A stretch of DNA of 64,000 bases from Mobula hypostoma (GCF_963921235.1 NC_086108.1:84818001-84882000); one strand, 5' to 3'. Positions 39,660 through 53,019 are shown, counted from the stretch's first letter. Numbers and translations are program-made. The notes: generated from the sequence alone by a model not told the origin.

Positions 39660-41220
39660 ATTAATAATGAAAAACATGCTAGCAGATGAATTGAAGAAAT
39701 ACTTTCATAAGGCTATACAAGAGAACAATAGTAAAAACCCCGAAATAAGTTATAAATTGAGAATTGGAAAGGAGGGAGGAAATCAGGAAAATAAAATCAC
39801 AGTTGAAGCACTACTGAACACATGGTTGGAGTTGAAAGTTGACACGTCTCTGGACTTCACCTCAGTTTTAAAAAGAGCATCTAGTGAAACAGTTGATGCA
39901 TTGGTTTTAATTTTCCAAAATTTCCTGAATTTGGAGAGATTGGAAAGTGGCAAATTTAACTCATTTATTCAAAAATAGGAGGGAAACAGAAATCAGAAAA
40001 CATCTGTGATATAAAATATTGAAACAGACATTGTAACAGATGTTAAAACAAAATTTAGGCAAAGTTAGTGTGGTTTTATACAAGAGAAATCATGCTTACC
40101 AATTTATAAAGAAATGTAATATGTTTTGGATAAAGGGGAACCAGTGGACACACTATACTTAAATTTCTAAAAAGCTGATTTAAAGATTATTGTTGAAAAT
40201 AGCTTGAGCTGTAGGAGGCAACATTTTGCCATACATAGAAGATTGGATAGGTAACAGGAAAAATAGAGGAAGCATAAATGAGTATTTAGTTGGCAGGATA
40301 GGGTGTGCATAGGAACTGGTGCAGGGTCCTCAAATTTATAATTTATATAAATGACGTAAGTGAGTGACAATATCATTAAAAATGTTGCTAATGACAAAAA
40401 GAAAGCAGTTTTGAACTTTGAAGGACATTACAAAGCTACAAAGAGATAGATAGGTTTGATGAGTGAACACTTCCAACAAAGATCTGGCAAACAAAGCTTA
40501 ATGGGTGGGAAAATGTGAAGTTGTCCATTTAGCAGAAAAGTAAATAAAACAAAGCGTACCTTCTGTAAAGAGACATATTGTAGAAATCTAAGCTGTGGAG
40601 TAAACTTGATATATTAGTGTATGAAATGTGTCAGCAGGTATCAACTGTTTTTTTAGAAACTAACAGAATGGCATTGTTTATTGAAAGGGGAACTGAATAT
40701 AAAAAATAGGAGTTTATATTTCAGTTATTTCCAATTGATGAGACCACATTTGAAGTGTCATGCACAGTACTGGTCTCCTAACACAAGGAAAGTTGTTAAT
40801 ATATTGGACACATTCAGAAGTAGTTAACTAGACCCGTACATAGAATTGCTGCTTTGTCCTATGTGGAAAATTGAATGGTCAAACATATGAATGAAAGACC
40901 TTGTAGAGACTTGACAGCATGGATACGGAGAGGATGTTTTTCTTATGGGAGAATGTAAAACCAAAGTCACTTTTTAAAAAAAATAGGGATACCTATTTAA
41001 TAAAGAAAAGAGGCAAAAGTTCTTCTTTTATGGGTTTTGGAAGGGTGGTGGAATCATTTTATATAGGATAGATTCTTCAAGTAGGGAAGTGAAAGGTAAA
41101 TGGGAAGGGAGAAAGTGAATTTGAGGTTACATTCAGAACAGCCATTTTATTAAAATGGTGGAGAAAACTTGAAGGGTCCAGCCACCTAATTCTGCTGCTA
41201 ATTCACATCCTCATATCTGG
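39660..41220 (+). mobile_element. Old, highly decayed CR1 LINE
   Basis: ETVDALVLIFQNFL remnant; gaccacatttgaagtgtcatgcacagtactggtctcc motif. Confidence 0.6.
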
Positions 41221-41394
41221 ATCAACAATTGATTAGCCGATGCTTTCTAACTGGATGCATATGAATCACAATGACCAATATCAGCATAAATGAGCGTGTC
41301 TACTGTGATTAAAAACCATCTGCTATACACTAAAAAAGCCTCTTTCAAATGCCTCTCTCCCAGACATCCTCTTCCTTTCAATATGCAGATCTCA

Positions 41395-41572
41395 AGAAAG
41401 ATGCTTTCAAGAAAGAGTTAGATAGAGCTCTTAAAGATAGTGGAGTCAAGGGATATGGGGAGAAGGCAGGAACGGGGTACTGATTGTGGATGGTCAGCCA
41501 TGATCACAGTGAATAGCGGTGCTGGCTCGAAGGGCCGAATGACCTACTCCTGCACCTATTGTCTATTGTCAA
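41395..41572 (+). mobile_element. CR1 LINE 3' end
   Basis: gggatatggggagaaggcagga...gggccgaatgacctactcctgcacctattgtctattgtc. Confidence 0.75.
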
Positions 41573-43329
41573 TTATCCCACTAATTTAATTCTAAATACC
41601 ATTTCTTTTGTCAAAATTATACTCTTGGGAAGAGAAGGAGAAGGGAACTTTTAATATATCTATCTACATTCACTCAGCTTACTAAAATGGCATGATAATT
41701 AACAAATAGTTCCTAGGTTTATTCATGGAATTTAGTACATTGTTTTGAGGGAAAGGTTAAATTAATCTTGAGTAGATTAGTAAAACAGCACAACATCATC
41801 AGCCAAAGGGCCTGTTCTGTGCTGTAGTGCTCTATGTTCAATAAAATTGTTCTCCAATTGACTTTGAGTATTGAATATTTTCTAAATTATCATGTGGCAA
41901 CCACAGCAGGTTACTTTGAGAAATAGAGTTCACTATAATTATAGATCAAAAAGTTAGTCTTCAGGCAGCAACAGTACTGGCTATTGGGATTTAAACTACC
42001 CATTCAATTTACAGAATTATTGAAAGTTGAAAATAGTATTAGAAAACAAAATTTAAAAAATACAATTTCAGCCTCTTTCACTGTCTTCCCTTTCATGTGA
42101 AACAAAAGCAGGTTTGAACTTAAAATGACCTGCAGCCTTGTATGTGGGCATGTGACTTGAAGTGTACACACAACTTGTTAATAGAAGCTAAGAAACTGAT
42201 CATAAGAGGTAGGGTAGAAAATCATTAAAGTTGAAAAAGTAGCAGTAAAATAAATTTCAAACATTTGTAAGAATACATTGAGAGATTTTGGTTACAGTTT
42301 CAAGGGTTTTCCTGTTTACTTTCTATCTATTCCATTCCAGGTTCTCAACCACTGATTGTATTTTAGTAAACTGCTGATTTCCTAGCTTGAGTCTGCAGCC
42401 GAGAGTTCCGTACTGAAGACTATTTCTCCAGTAACTCACAATGAGCTCAATATATCTCCAATTTTCTACAGGAGCTGTTACTTCTGTACTTCAGATATCT
42501 GGACTTCAACTTGGCCCTCCATCAGGTTTATCATTCTCTGCTTATTCCTATCCTGGTATTGATTTTGCATAACTGTTCTCAAGACCTTAGGCTCTTCATT
42601 CATCCACTGCTTCCTGATGTCTCTGATTTCACTCATTCTCCAATGGAAAACATTTGGAATTTCCATTTTCTACAGAAGTGTTACCTTAACTCCCTCAAAA
42701 AGCTACTGGGCTCACTTGTCTGTCTGTAACTAACATAAACTCTGGACATCAGTTTATCAGTACACCAGGGAAGCCAATTTTCAAACAAGGTTCTTACCAT
42801 TGACACCCAACCTAAAATACAGCTTATAACTTGAACCAGAGTACAATTTGCTCCCCTACCCCCACCTGGTCTTTTGGAATTTCAATTTTAGAACTGAACA
42901 TTCTTTGGGTTGAAAATACATTTAGATTTCCCTATACAAACTTTGGGTTAATAGAGGAAAAAATTAATTTAACCTTTGAAGTTTTATTTTATGCTATAAA
43001 CAGTGTATATTTTCACTCATCTGTACCAGCCCCTTCCAAAAATATTCCACATGTAGACTGAAACATCAGGTTTTACTGTAATTACAAATGACTGCATTGC
43101 AATATTGATGGCATTATACCCTTAAAGTAAACTTGGCTTAATGATGATGACAACACCAGCCACACTCCCCAACCCCAACCCTTCCAAAGCTTGCTGTTGA
43201 ATCCTCAATACCTACTATGGTGGCATGAAACACTTTTCACACCATCCCATTTTGGCCTATCTTCCTATCATTCCTGCATTTGTATTCTGTTCCTTTCATT
43301 TCCTGTTATACACACTTGCTCCACTCCTC

Positions 43330-43880
43330 CCACATCAATGTTCAAGTCTTCAGTCTGTCTCACCAACTCCACCAGCAGCATCTGAAGAAATTCTCTGATG
43401 ACTCAGCAATAGTTGGGTACAATCTTCTATGCTGTGCTGTGTTGGGGCAATGGCATCAATATGGGTGATGCCAAAACCTCAATAACCTGATTAGAAGGCC
43501 TGGCTCTGTTACAGGAGTCAAACTGAACACACTAGAGGCTGTGGTAGAACAAAGGACCCTACAGAAACTCCTGGCAATTCTGGACAATATTTCTCACCCT
43601 CTGCAAGCCACCTTGGCTGAACAGAGGAGCACTTTCAGTAATAAACAAAGACAACTGCACTGCTCCAATGAGTGCTATATGATGTCATTCTTAGCCTTGG
43701 CCATGAGGATCTATAATGAGTCAACCTATAGCTGGGGAAGTGATGACCCCTCTCTTGTTAGACTGTTTGAAGTAACTTATTTTTTATTCTTTCTTACTTC
43801 TCTTCTAATATTTGTGTATCAGTGCACTTGTAATGCTACTGTGAAACTAACTTCCTTTGGGATCAATAATCTATCTATTT
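43330..43880 (+). mobile_element. LINE 3' fragment (Rex-like) with (ATCT)n tail
   Basis: HLKKFSDDSAIVG RT motif; LLAILDNISHPL C-terminal motif; tail tttgggatcaataatctatcta. Confidence 0.7.
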
Positions 43881-45059
43881 AAGTATCCTTATTGCTGGTC
43901 ATGCACACTGCACCAAGTGATTTCTCATCACTGGAGATTTCAATCTTCATCTCAACTCACTTTTCTCTCGTTCCTCTTTTAGCACTTTGCTTCTTTGTCA
44001 CAATTTGCTATTCACAAAACCTCGCATGTCATAGGATATTGGATATGTCCACAAGTCTGAGGTGTGGAAATGCTGAGAACACACTGACAAAGAAACCAGA
44101 ATAAATATTGCAGATGACTGCAAGATACAGCTTTTAGTGCCACTTTTTAGATTCTTTATTCCCTGGTGCTTCATAAGTGCAAAAGACAGGTGTAGTTATA
44201 AAATAATACAACAAAATTCCACATGACATAAATCAGGGAGGTGTTTCTCAAATATATGGCCATAGAGAAATTGCAATCTCTATAAAGTCCGGATTGAACT
44301 TGGGTCACTGGAGCTGTGAAACAGCAGCACTTTGTGAGGTAAACTTCATTCAGACAAATAAAAGATAAAAGATCTATATAGTGATTCACTATTTTAAGAC
44401 AGACTGAAGATAATTGGGGCAATTCTCCTGTTATCAAAGCCCAATGATTAGACTGTTATGAACTGAGATTGACTTTATGCACTATTCATGACTCTTTTTA
44501 AAAAAAAAGCAAGTTACCTTTATTAAAGGAAGCTACTTGTGTTTCTCCTAGTCTTTAAACAGATATTTACTAATTGAAGTAATTATGCATAGGGCAATTG
44601 CTGTGAGCCTAGACATATAGTCTGCTCCATCTTAATGGATGTCACAGTGTTATTAATCGATAATTCATACACAAATATTTCTTGAATAATTGAACTGTAC
44701 AATTTCTTTTGGAGTACCTCTTTGCTAATAGATTTGTTAATATTTACAGAAAATAATTTGGAATAAATCTTGCGTATCAACATTTATTGTGGACTGCTGT
44801 TACTCTTGTTTTTAGCTTCATGAAAAAAAGGCACACATCATCTTATTTCTCAAGAACAGCCTGAATACAACATCAATCCATTTTGACTGTGAAGTTTTAT
44901 ACATTTAAATTAAAATGCACAATTACAGAAATTATCCCAATTTCTATCTAAATTTCCCTTTCTTCATTAAATGCTGTGTGGGCTTAACTATCTTTGAAAA
45001 TTTGGTGAAAGATGTACTACAATGTTAAATATATTTACATTTATTTTTGAACAACCTAC

Positions 45060-45365
45060 CATCCTCTTCTGTGCGGATAATCACAGGTGTACTCTTCGGA
45101 CCTGGACCAACGTTCGTATGAGCCATAACCCACACCTGATATTCGGTCCACTTCTCCAGACCCTCAACTAGCGAGCTGGTTGCGTCTGCCTCAATGTTGT
45201 CCAAAACATGCTTCTTGTTGTCCTCACTATCCACAGCCTGATATATAATGGAGTATTTGGTAATGACTCCATTACGACTGTTTGCTGGTGGTGGACGCCA
45301 ACTTACCCGAATGCTGGAGGAGCTGATTGCAACACCGTGAACATCTTGAGGTGGGGCAGAGGGGG
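45060..45365 (-). CDS. PTPRF: PTPRF exon, FN3-4 (306 nt)
   Basis: TPSAPPQDV...IRVSWRPPPANSRNGVITKYS...GLEKWTEYQVWVMAHTNVGPGP...RTEED; CACTAG acceptor, ATG|GTAGGT donor. Confidence 0.94.
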
Positions 45366-46419
45366 CTAGTGAATAAATGGAGGGGGTGAAAAGTAATAAA
45401 TAAAATAAAATGGTAAAAGACTAAACAGAAAATGTATACTAAAATTAAAAATACATGCAGAGAACAAGCAAATTAACATCAAAGCTCTTTTCAAACAGAT
45501 ATGAATATTCTATTTGCATTCAATCATGCAAAAATATGGTAAAACAACAGAATGGTGGGGTAAATAATACAGAAAATAAATATTGGACAATCATGCAAGT
45601 ACCTATCTGAAAGTGTACAAAATGTACTTTAAATTACATTGTTACAACTAAAATAGCAGCATTTGATACACTTACTGAAAAGATCTTGTACTGTCTGCAT
45701 GTGTACAACACTAACAGATAAGCATCTCCAATGTGACATCCTGGCTAGTGAATAGTAGGACAATTTTAAAGTGGATCCATATAGGAGGCATCATGCTGCA
45801 GCTAAGCTTGCATATTTAGAGCTATCACATACCCATGTATGAGCAGAGCATGTGAGAAATACAAGTTATTCCACTGAATCGGTAAACTATTAATACTTAA
45901 AAAGCGAAAAACAGTCGCTAGAAATTTAAGACTTTTCCTGCTGTGTGTGAGTTGAAAGGAAAACTTGCAGATTGTGGTATTATCATGTGACTGGTGGCCT
46001 TGTCATTTCAGACAATACAGCTTGCTTGATTGAGAGGTTCAGCCAGAGAAACTTTGCTGGTATTGTAATATAGGTTGCAGTAGGCAATGAACACAGCCAC
46101 AGCACAAGACCACATGAATAATGTGTTGCATCTATCCATGAATTACAAACAACCTCAGCAGCAGTAAAACTCCAACTCTCTCTGGATGCAACCTTATGAA
46201 GGATGGGCTGATTTTCTATTAGCTAATGTTACAATGATCTACAACAACAGGTGCTCAACACACCAGCTTAGCTCTCAAAACATCTTCTTTTAGTCTGTCA
46301 GTTAAAACTCATCCTTTTAGTTAAGATTTACTCTTCCCTTCCAGATATTTGGCTTGTTCCTGGTTTCATTATTTATTGAAACAAGCGCAATCAATTATTG
46401 CAAATGCTCCTAGTTCTTT

Positions 46420-48113
46420 AAGCCCAAATGTACAGTAACTAAAGGAAAAGAAATTTTTTCCCATGAGAATCCAAAACAGGAGAGAGAGATCCAGAATTAC
46501 CCAGTTTTGGCAAAATTGCTGGACTAACTGGAAAAAAAGAAAAGGGGATGATGTAGCATTATACAAATGTCACTCCACTCTTCAAGAGGGAGAGAAGCAG
46601 AATAATGGAAATTATAGATAGACCAGTTAGTCTGACCTCCGGTTGGGAAGATCATTAGAGTCAATTGTTAAGGATGTAGTTTTAGGATACTTGGCAGCAC
46701 ATGATAAAATAGGCTGTAGTCAGCATGGTTTCCTCAAGGGAAAATCTTGCCTGACAGATCTGTTGGAATTCTTTGAAGAAGTAACAAGCAGGATAGACAA
46801 AGGAGAATTGGTTGATATTGTGTACTTGGTTTTTAAAAAGCCTTTGACAAGGTGCCACACATGAGGCTGCAGAACAAGCTACAAGCCAATGGCATTACAG
46901 GAACAATTCTAGCATGGGTAAAGCAGTGGCTGATTGGAAGGAGGCAAAGAGTGGAAATAAATGGAGCCATTTTTCTGGTTGGCTGCTGTTGACTAGCAGT
47001 ATTCCACAGGGGGTCTGCGTTGGGACCAATTCTTTTGATGTTATATGTTAATGATTTGGATGATTGACTTGATAGCTTTGTTGCAAAGTTTGCAGACGAT
47101 ATGAAGATAAGTGGAGGGGCAGGTAGTTTTGAGGAAGTAGAGAGACTACAGAAGGACAGAGACAGATTAGGAGAATGGGCAAAGAAGTGGCAGGTGGAAT
47201 ACAGTGCCAGGAAGTGTACGGTCATGGACTTGGGGAGAAAAATGAAAGGGCCGATCATTTTCTAAATGGAAAGAACATACACAAAATCTGAGGCACAAAG
47301 GGATTTGGGAGTCTTTCTGTCAGGTTGAGGCTATGGTGAGGAAGGCAAATGTGATGTTAGCATTCATTTCTTGAGGACTAGAATATAAACGCAATGATGT
47401 AACGGAAAGCACTGGTGAGGCCTCACTTGGAGTACTGCGTAAAGTTTTGGCCCCCTTATGTTAGAATGGATGTGCTAAAACTGGTGAAGGTTCAAAAGAA
47501 GTTCATAAAAATGTCCTGACGAAGGGTCTCGGCCTGAAACGTCGACTGCACCTCTTCCTACAGATGCTGCTTGGCCTGCTGCATTCACCAGCAACTTTGA
47601 TGTATGTTGCTTGAATTTCCAGCATCTGCAGAATTCCTGTTGTTTTCATAAAAATTAAACGGCTTGTCATGTGAAGAGCGTTTGATGGCTCTGGGCCTGT
47701 ATTCACTGGAATTTAGAAGAATGAAGGGTGACCTAATTGCAACCTATTGAGTGGCGAAAAACCTTAGTAGAGTGGATGTGGAGAGGATGTTTCTTATGAT
47801 GGGAGTGTTTAAGACCAGATGACACATCCTCAAAATAGAGGGGTGTCCTTTTAGAATGGAGATGAGGAGAATTTGTTCAGCCAGAAAGTGGTGAATCTGT
47901 GGAATCCATTGCCACAGGCAGCTGTGGAGGCCAAGTCTTAATGTATATTTAAGGCAGAGGTTGATAGATTCTTGATTGGTCAGGGAATGAAGACATAGAG
48001 GCTAAAGACAGGAAACTGGGGATGAGGGGGAAAATGACTCAGCCATGATGAAATGGCAGAGTAGACTCAAGGGGTCAAGATGGCCGAATTCTGCTCCTAT
48101 ATCTTATGGTCTT
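46420..48113 (+). mobile_element. CR1 LINE, degenerate ORF2 RT to 3' end (host of a hammerhead-type insertion)
   Basis: SQHGFLKGKSCLTDLLEFFEEVTSRIDKG..VDIVYL; KFADD; CR1 3' tail. Confidence 0.88.
47513..47644 (+). ncRNA. 132-bp Penelope-derived insertion with minimal hammerhead ribozyme core
   Basis: GTC-CTGACGA (47516-22)...GAAA (47536-39) C GTC GAC; TSD ttcataaaaat (47502-12, 47645-55); 3 substitutions versus the 35184 copy over the shared body. Confidence 0.75.
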
Positions 48114-48454
48114 ATACTTTTATTCCACAATTCTATTAAACTCATGTTTACATGCTATCATATCAAATTTTCAGGTCAATGATCTTGAGGTTAAGAATTA
48201 TATAAATTAATTTTTATATGATAACAGGGGAACATGAGTTTAATAGATTTGCAGAATAAAAGCAGATATTGACTATGATCATAATATCTAATTGATATAA
48301 AAAAATTGTTTGAGATTTGCAAGAGGTGGAAGGATAGTATAGGGTGATGACAATATGGAATTGAGTTACAATCGGATCAATCATGACTAAATGACTTCCT
48401 AATTTGCACATTTGTATGTCCATTTCCGATCAATATTGGATCACTGGACGATGA

Positions 48455-50085
48455 TGCTAGTGAGATAGTAACTGGGGGACAAAGAAATGGCAGATGAACT
48501 TAATAAGTACTTTGCATCAGTCTTCACTGTGGAAGACACTAGCAGTGTGCCAGAAGTCTATGAGTGTCAGGGAGCAGAAGAGAGTGCCATTGCTATTACA
48601 AAGGAAAAAGTGCTAGGCAAACTCAGAAGGTCTTAAGGTGGATAAGTCACCTGGACCAGATGGACTACATGCCAGAATCCTGAGAGAGGATGCTGAAGAG
48701 ATAACAGATGAATTGGTCATGATCTTTCAAGAATCACTTGACTCTGGCATGGTCCCGGAGGACTCAAAAATTTCAGATGTCACTTCACTCTAAGGAAGGA
48801 AGGAATGCAAAAGAAAAGAGATTATAAGCCAGTTAGCCTAACCTTATAGGTTGGGAAAATGATGGAGTCTAATATTAAGGATGAGGTTTCAGGGTACTCA
48901 GGGTACTTGGAGACTATTGATAAAATTAGTCGTCAGTATTGTTTCTGTAAAGGGAACTCTTGCCTGATGAATCTGTTAAATTCTTCGAGGAAGTAACAAG
49001 CAGGGTAGACAAAGGAGAGGCAGTGGATGTCATTTACTTGGATTTTCAGGGGCGTTTGATAAGGTGCCATCATGAGGCTGCTTAACAAGATAAAATCCTA
49101 TCGCATTACAGGAAAGATACTGGCATAGATAAAGGAATGGCTGACAGGCAGGATTTAGATAATGGATTTGATGGCTTTTTGGCAAAGTTTGCACATGATA
49201 GAAAGATAGGTGGGAGGGGTAGGTGGTGCTGAGGAAGCAATGTGATTGCAGCAGGACTTAAATTGGAAGAATGGGTGAAAAAGTGACAAATGGAATACAG
49301 TGTTGGGAAATGTGTGATCATGTATTTTGGTAAAGTGTAGACTATTATCTAAATGGGGAGAAAATTCACACATCAGAGTTGCAGAAGGACTCCTCATGCT
49401 AGACTCTCAAAAGGTTAATTTAGTGGTTGAACCTATGGTAAAGAAGGTAAATGCAATGTTGTTATTTATTTTAAGGGGAATAGAATACAAAAGCAAGGAG
49501 ATAATGCTGAGCCTTTATAAGACACGAGTCAGGCCACACTTGGAGTATTGTCAACAGTTTTGGGCCCCATATCTCAGAAAAGACGTGTTGTCATTGGAGA
49601 GAGTCCAGAGGAGGTTTGCAAGAATGATTCCAGGAATGAAGGGATTAACATATGAGGAGCGTTTGGCCTGTACCCACTGGAATTTAGAAGAATGCGTGGG
49701 GATCTCAACGAAACCCACCGAGTGTTGAAAGAAGTAGATAATGTGGATGTGGAGAGGATGTTTCCCATGGTGGATGTATTTAGAACTGGAGGGCACAGCT
49801 TCAAAATTGAGGGGCTATTTTTAGAACAGAGGTAAAGAGGAATTTTTTTTTTTAGCCAAAGAGTAGTGAATTTGTGGAATGCTCTGCCACAGACTGTGGT
49901 GGAGGCCAAGTCCATGGGTGTATTTAAAGCAGAGGTTAATAGTTTCCCGATTGGTCAGGCCATCAAAGGATATGGCGAGAAGGCAGGTGTATGGGGTTGA
50001 TTGGGATCTGGAGTCAGCCATGATGGAATGGCGGAACAGTCTTGATGGGTTGAATGGCCTAAATCTGTACCTATGTCTTATGGAA
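48455..50085 (+). mobile_element. CR1 LINE, degenerate ORF2
   Basis: LYKTRVRPHLEYCQQFWAPYLRKDVLSLERVQRRFARMIPGMKGLTYEERL. Confidence 0.88.
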
Positions 50086-51490
50086 TCAGAATCAGATTTA
50101 ATATCACCAGCAATTGTCATTAAATTCATTAACTTTGCTGCAGCAGTACAATGAAATACAGGATAAATAAATACAGAGAAAAAAACATAATTACTGTAAG
50201 CATATATATATATATATTTTTTAAACAGTTAAAATAAGTGTGCAAAAAAACATTAAAAATAAAGTAGTGAGGTAATGTTCATGGGTTCAATGTCTATTTA
50301 GAAGTTGGATGGCAGAGAAGCTACAACCTGTATCCACTCCATTTTGCCTGCTGACAACAGGTCAACAGCAAATGTAGTTTCCCTGGTTCCTCACTCTGCT
50401 CCAAACCATATGGAACTCGTAACTCAGAATGCTGCTCATTGACTGTAGCTCAGCATTCTGCACAATTATCCCATCACACCTCATCAGGACCTGGGCCTCT
50501 GTACCTCCCCCCGTAACTGGATAGTCAACTATCTCTTTGTCAGACCTCAGTCAGAGGGGATTGGTGAAAACATCTCCTCACTGAGCATAATCACTGGTGT
50601 ACTTCAGGGCTGCGTGCTCAGCCCCTTGCTCTGCGCCCTATGCACACGACCTTGGCTAACCAACTCCAATATCAACTTCAGATTCACCACCAATACTACT
50701 GTTGTTCGACGAACGATAGGTGGCAATGAGTCACCTGCAAGGGCTAGGCAGGTCACCAGGATGAGTCATGCCACAAAAACAACCTTTTGCTCAACTTCAG
50801 TGAATCTAGAACTGATTGCTGACTTCTGTAAGGTGAAGAAGAACATGCACCAGTCTACAACGTGGGATCGGTGGTGGAGTCAGTGACTTTAAATTCCTAA
50901 ATGTTAACATATCAAGTAAAGGAGATGGAGCTAGCACATAGATGTAATCATAAGAAACGTTTACCAGCATCTTTACTTTCTTTGGAGGTTCAGGTTATCA
51001 TCGAACACTAAGAAATTTCTACACAGGTATTGTTGAAGATATCGTGACTAGTTGTATCATGGCCTGGTATGGCAGTTTCAATGTACAGAAACATATGAAG
51101 CTGCAGAGAGTGGTAGACTCTGCCCAATACATCACAGGGGGCACCGCTCAGAAAAGGCAATATCTATCAAGAAAGATCCCACCAGCTGGGCCATGTCACC
51201 TTTTTGCAGCTACCATCAAACAGGAGGTACAGAAGCCTGAAGACCTGTATCACGAGGTTCAATAAAAGTTATTTTCCTTCAAACATCTGGTTCTTGAATC
51301 AACTTGCAAAACCCTAATCCTGAGTCTATCACCACCTTGTTAGTGCTGTGTTTTCTTTTAAAATTGTGTATAATTTATGAATAATTTATGTTTTTCTTGT
51401 GAATGTTGCTTATATGATCCTATATGCCTGAGGCTGCTAAAAGTAAAATTTTTATTGCACCTGTACATGCATATGAAAATGAACTCAACT
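50086..51490. mobile_element. Rex-type LINE fragments (minus-strand 3' end, then plus-strand RT/3' end)
   Basis: (gaatca)n tail; QGCVLSPLL; TSCIMAWYG..KLQRVVDSAQYITG. Confidence 0.75.
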
Positions 51491-51519
51491 TCTGCATTTC
51501 AGCTGTTGAACCTTCTTAA

Positions 51520-51872
51520 GTGCTAGCTGTGGCTCAGATTTCTCTCTAAGTTGTGGGTTTAAGTCCTATTCCAGATATGAGAACAAAATATTCTAGATCA
51601 GTGCTCCAAAATTTGGAGGAAATGTTACACAAAGGCCTGGTCTGGTATATCAATTGAAAATTAAAAATTGTAAAAGAGCAGAGTTCACCAGCAGTGTTTT
51701 GGCCAATATCCCTCAACCAACATAAGTGAAATTGATGACTTGGACTTTATCATATTTTTGCTTTTGAAAACTTGTGCAGTAACTGGCTGTTGTATTTTTC
51801 ATTCTCATTTCATCATTGGCTGTTAAGCATTTTGGAGCAACTTAAAATCATGAAAGGCACATTATAAAATCA
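51520..51872 (+). mobile_element. Ancient SINE, possibly DeuSINE-like
   Basis: gctgtggctcag head, tggccaatatccctcaaccaacat core, cattggctg..aagcattttgg..gaaaggcacattataaa L2-like tail; family recalled, not searched. Confidence 0.5.
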
Positions 51873-52595
51873 TAAAAATATTTTGCAAACTACAAAATGC
51901 ACTCATCTATGGAGAAGCAGCATTTTAATGAAGCTTATTATTCATTGTTTTTGAACTAAGAAAGATAGTTGCTTATTCTTTAAAACTAATGTGCAGCTAA
52001 GGCAATCATTTTTCATGTTCTTTGCTGTATTTCTTCTACACAAAAACATTATTAACAAAAAACAAGATGGAAATGTCACATAAAAATGTACATAATCTGT
52101 AAATCCAAGCAATGTTTTGCAGAAATTACTTGTTTCACTGTCTTCTATATCCATACTCCTAATGTTTATATTGTAGCTACAGCTTACTGTCAAGGCAGAT
52201 AAGCTTTTCCAAAATTGTTAGATTACTTTGAAAGCCAAACTCACATGATTGTTCACAATAAAACCAGCTGGTTTGGAATGCATCTTACTTAACAAATGAG
52301 TTTTAGAATGAATAAACATGTTATACAAAGCACTGAACTTGTTTTCAAAGGGATATGTTTCTATTGCAATGAAGTAGTTATCTACATCAATCAGATTTTT
52401 CATAATTATTGCGATAAAATTGATATACATTAATTAAGTTCTATTTATGGACTATTCTACAGAACGAAGGGTGCAATTCAGTTGAATAAACAAACACAGC
52501 TACACCATCAGCTAAACTTGTCTACCATTTTGACCATGTTGCCTACATTTCTATTAACAATAGGCACAGATAAAAACAGAGAAGTTAAAACTTAC

Positions 52596-52740
52596 TGGAT
52601 TGCATAGTCTTTGCAGAAATTATTTGTGTGAATGCTCCTAAACCATGCTCTGAGCGAGCTGCTAAACGGAAGTAGTAGGTTTTATCTGGCTTCAGTCCTT
52701 CCACAGTGTATGAAGATTTAGGGTCAAAGATTACATGTTC
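52596..52740 (-). CDS. PTPRF: PTPRF exon, FN3-3 second half (145 nt)
   Basis: EHVIFDPKSSYTVEGLKPDKTYYFRLAARSEHGLGAFTQIISAKTMQS; TTACAG acceptor, CCA|GTAAGT donor. Confidence 0.93.
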
Positions 52741-53019
52741 CTGTAAGGAAAATTCAGTGAGTCTTGAAAACATTAACTGTTCTTCTCTGTATTTTTCTTT
52801 GAACACTACCTGTGTTGCACACTGCAAAGTATACGGCACAAGTAACAATTCGAGCTACATTAGATGTACAGAATGAGAAGAATTTACATAATACAACAAT
52901 TTATATTGTTATTTACATAAACTACATGGCACCAGATTTAAATTCCTTAATCTTGGAAAATAAATAAATAAATAAACAACAAATCTAATGCAAGAGAAGT
53001 ATGTAGTTATAAGGATCTA

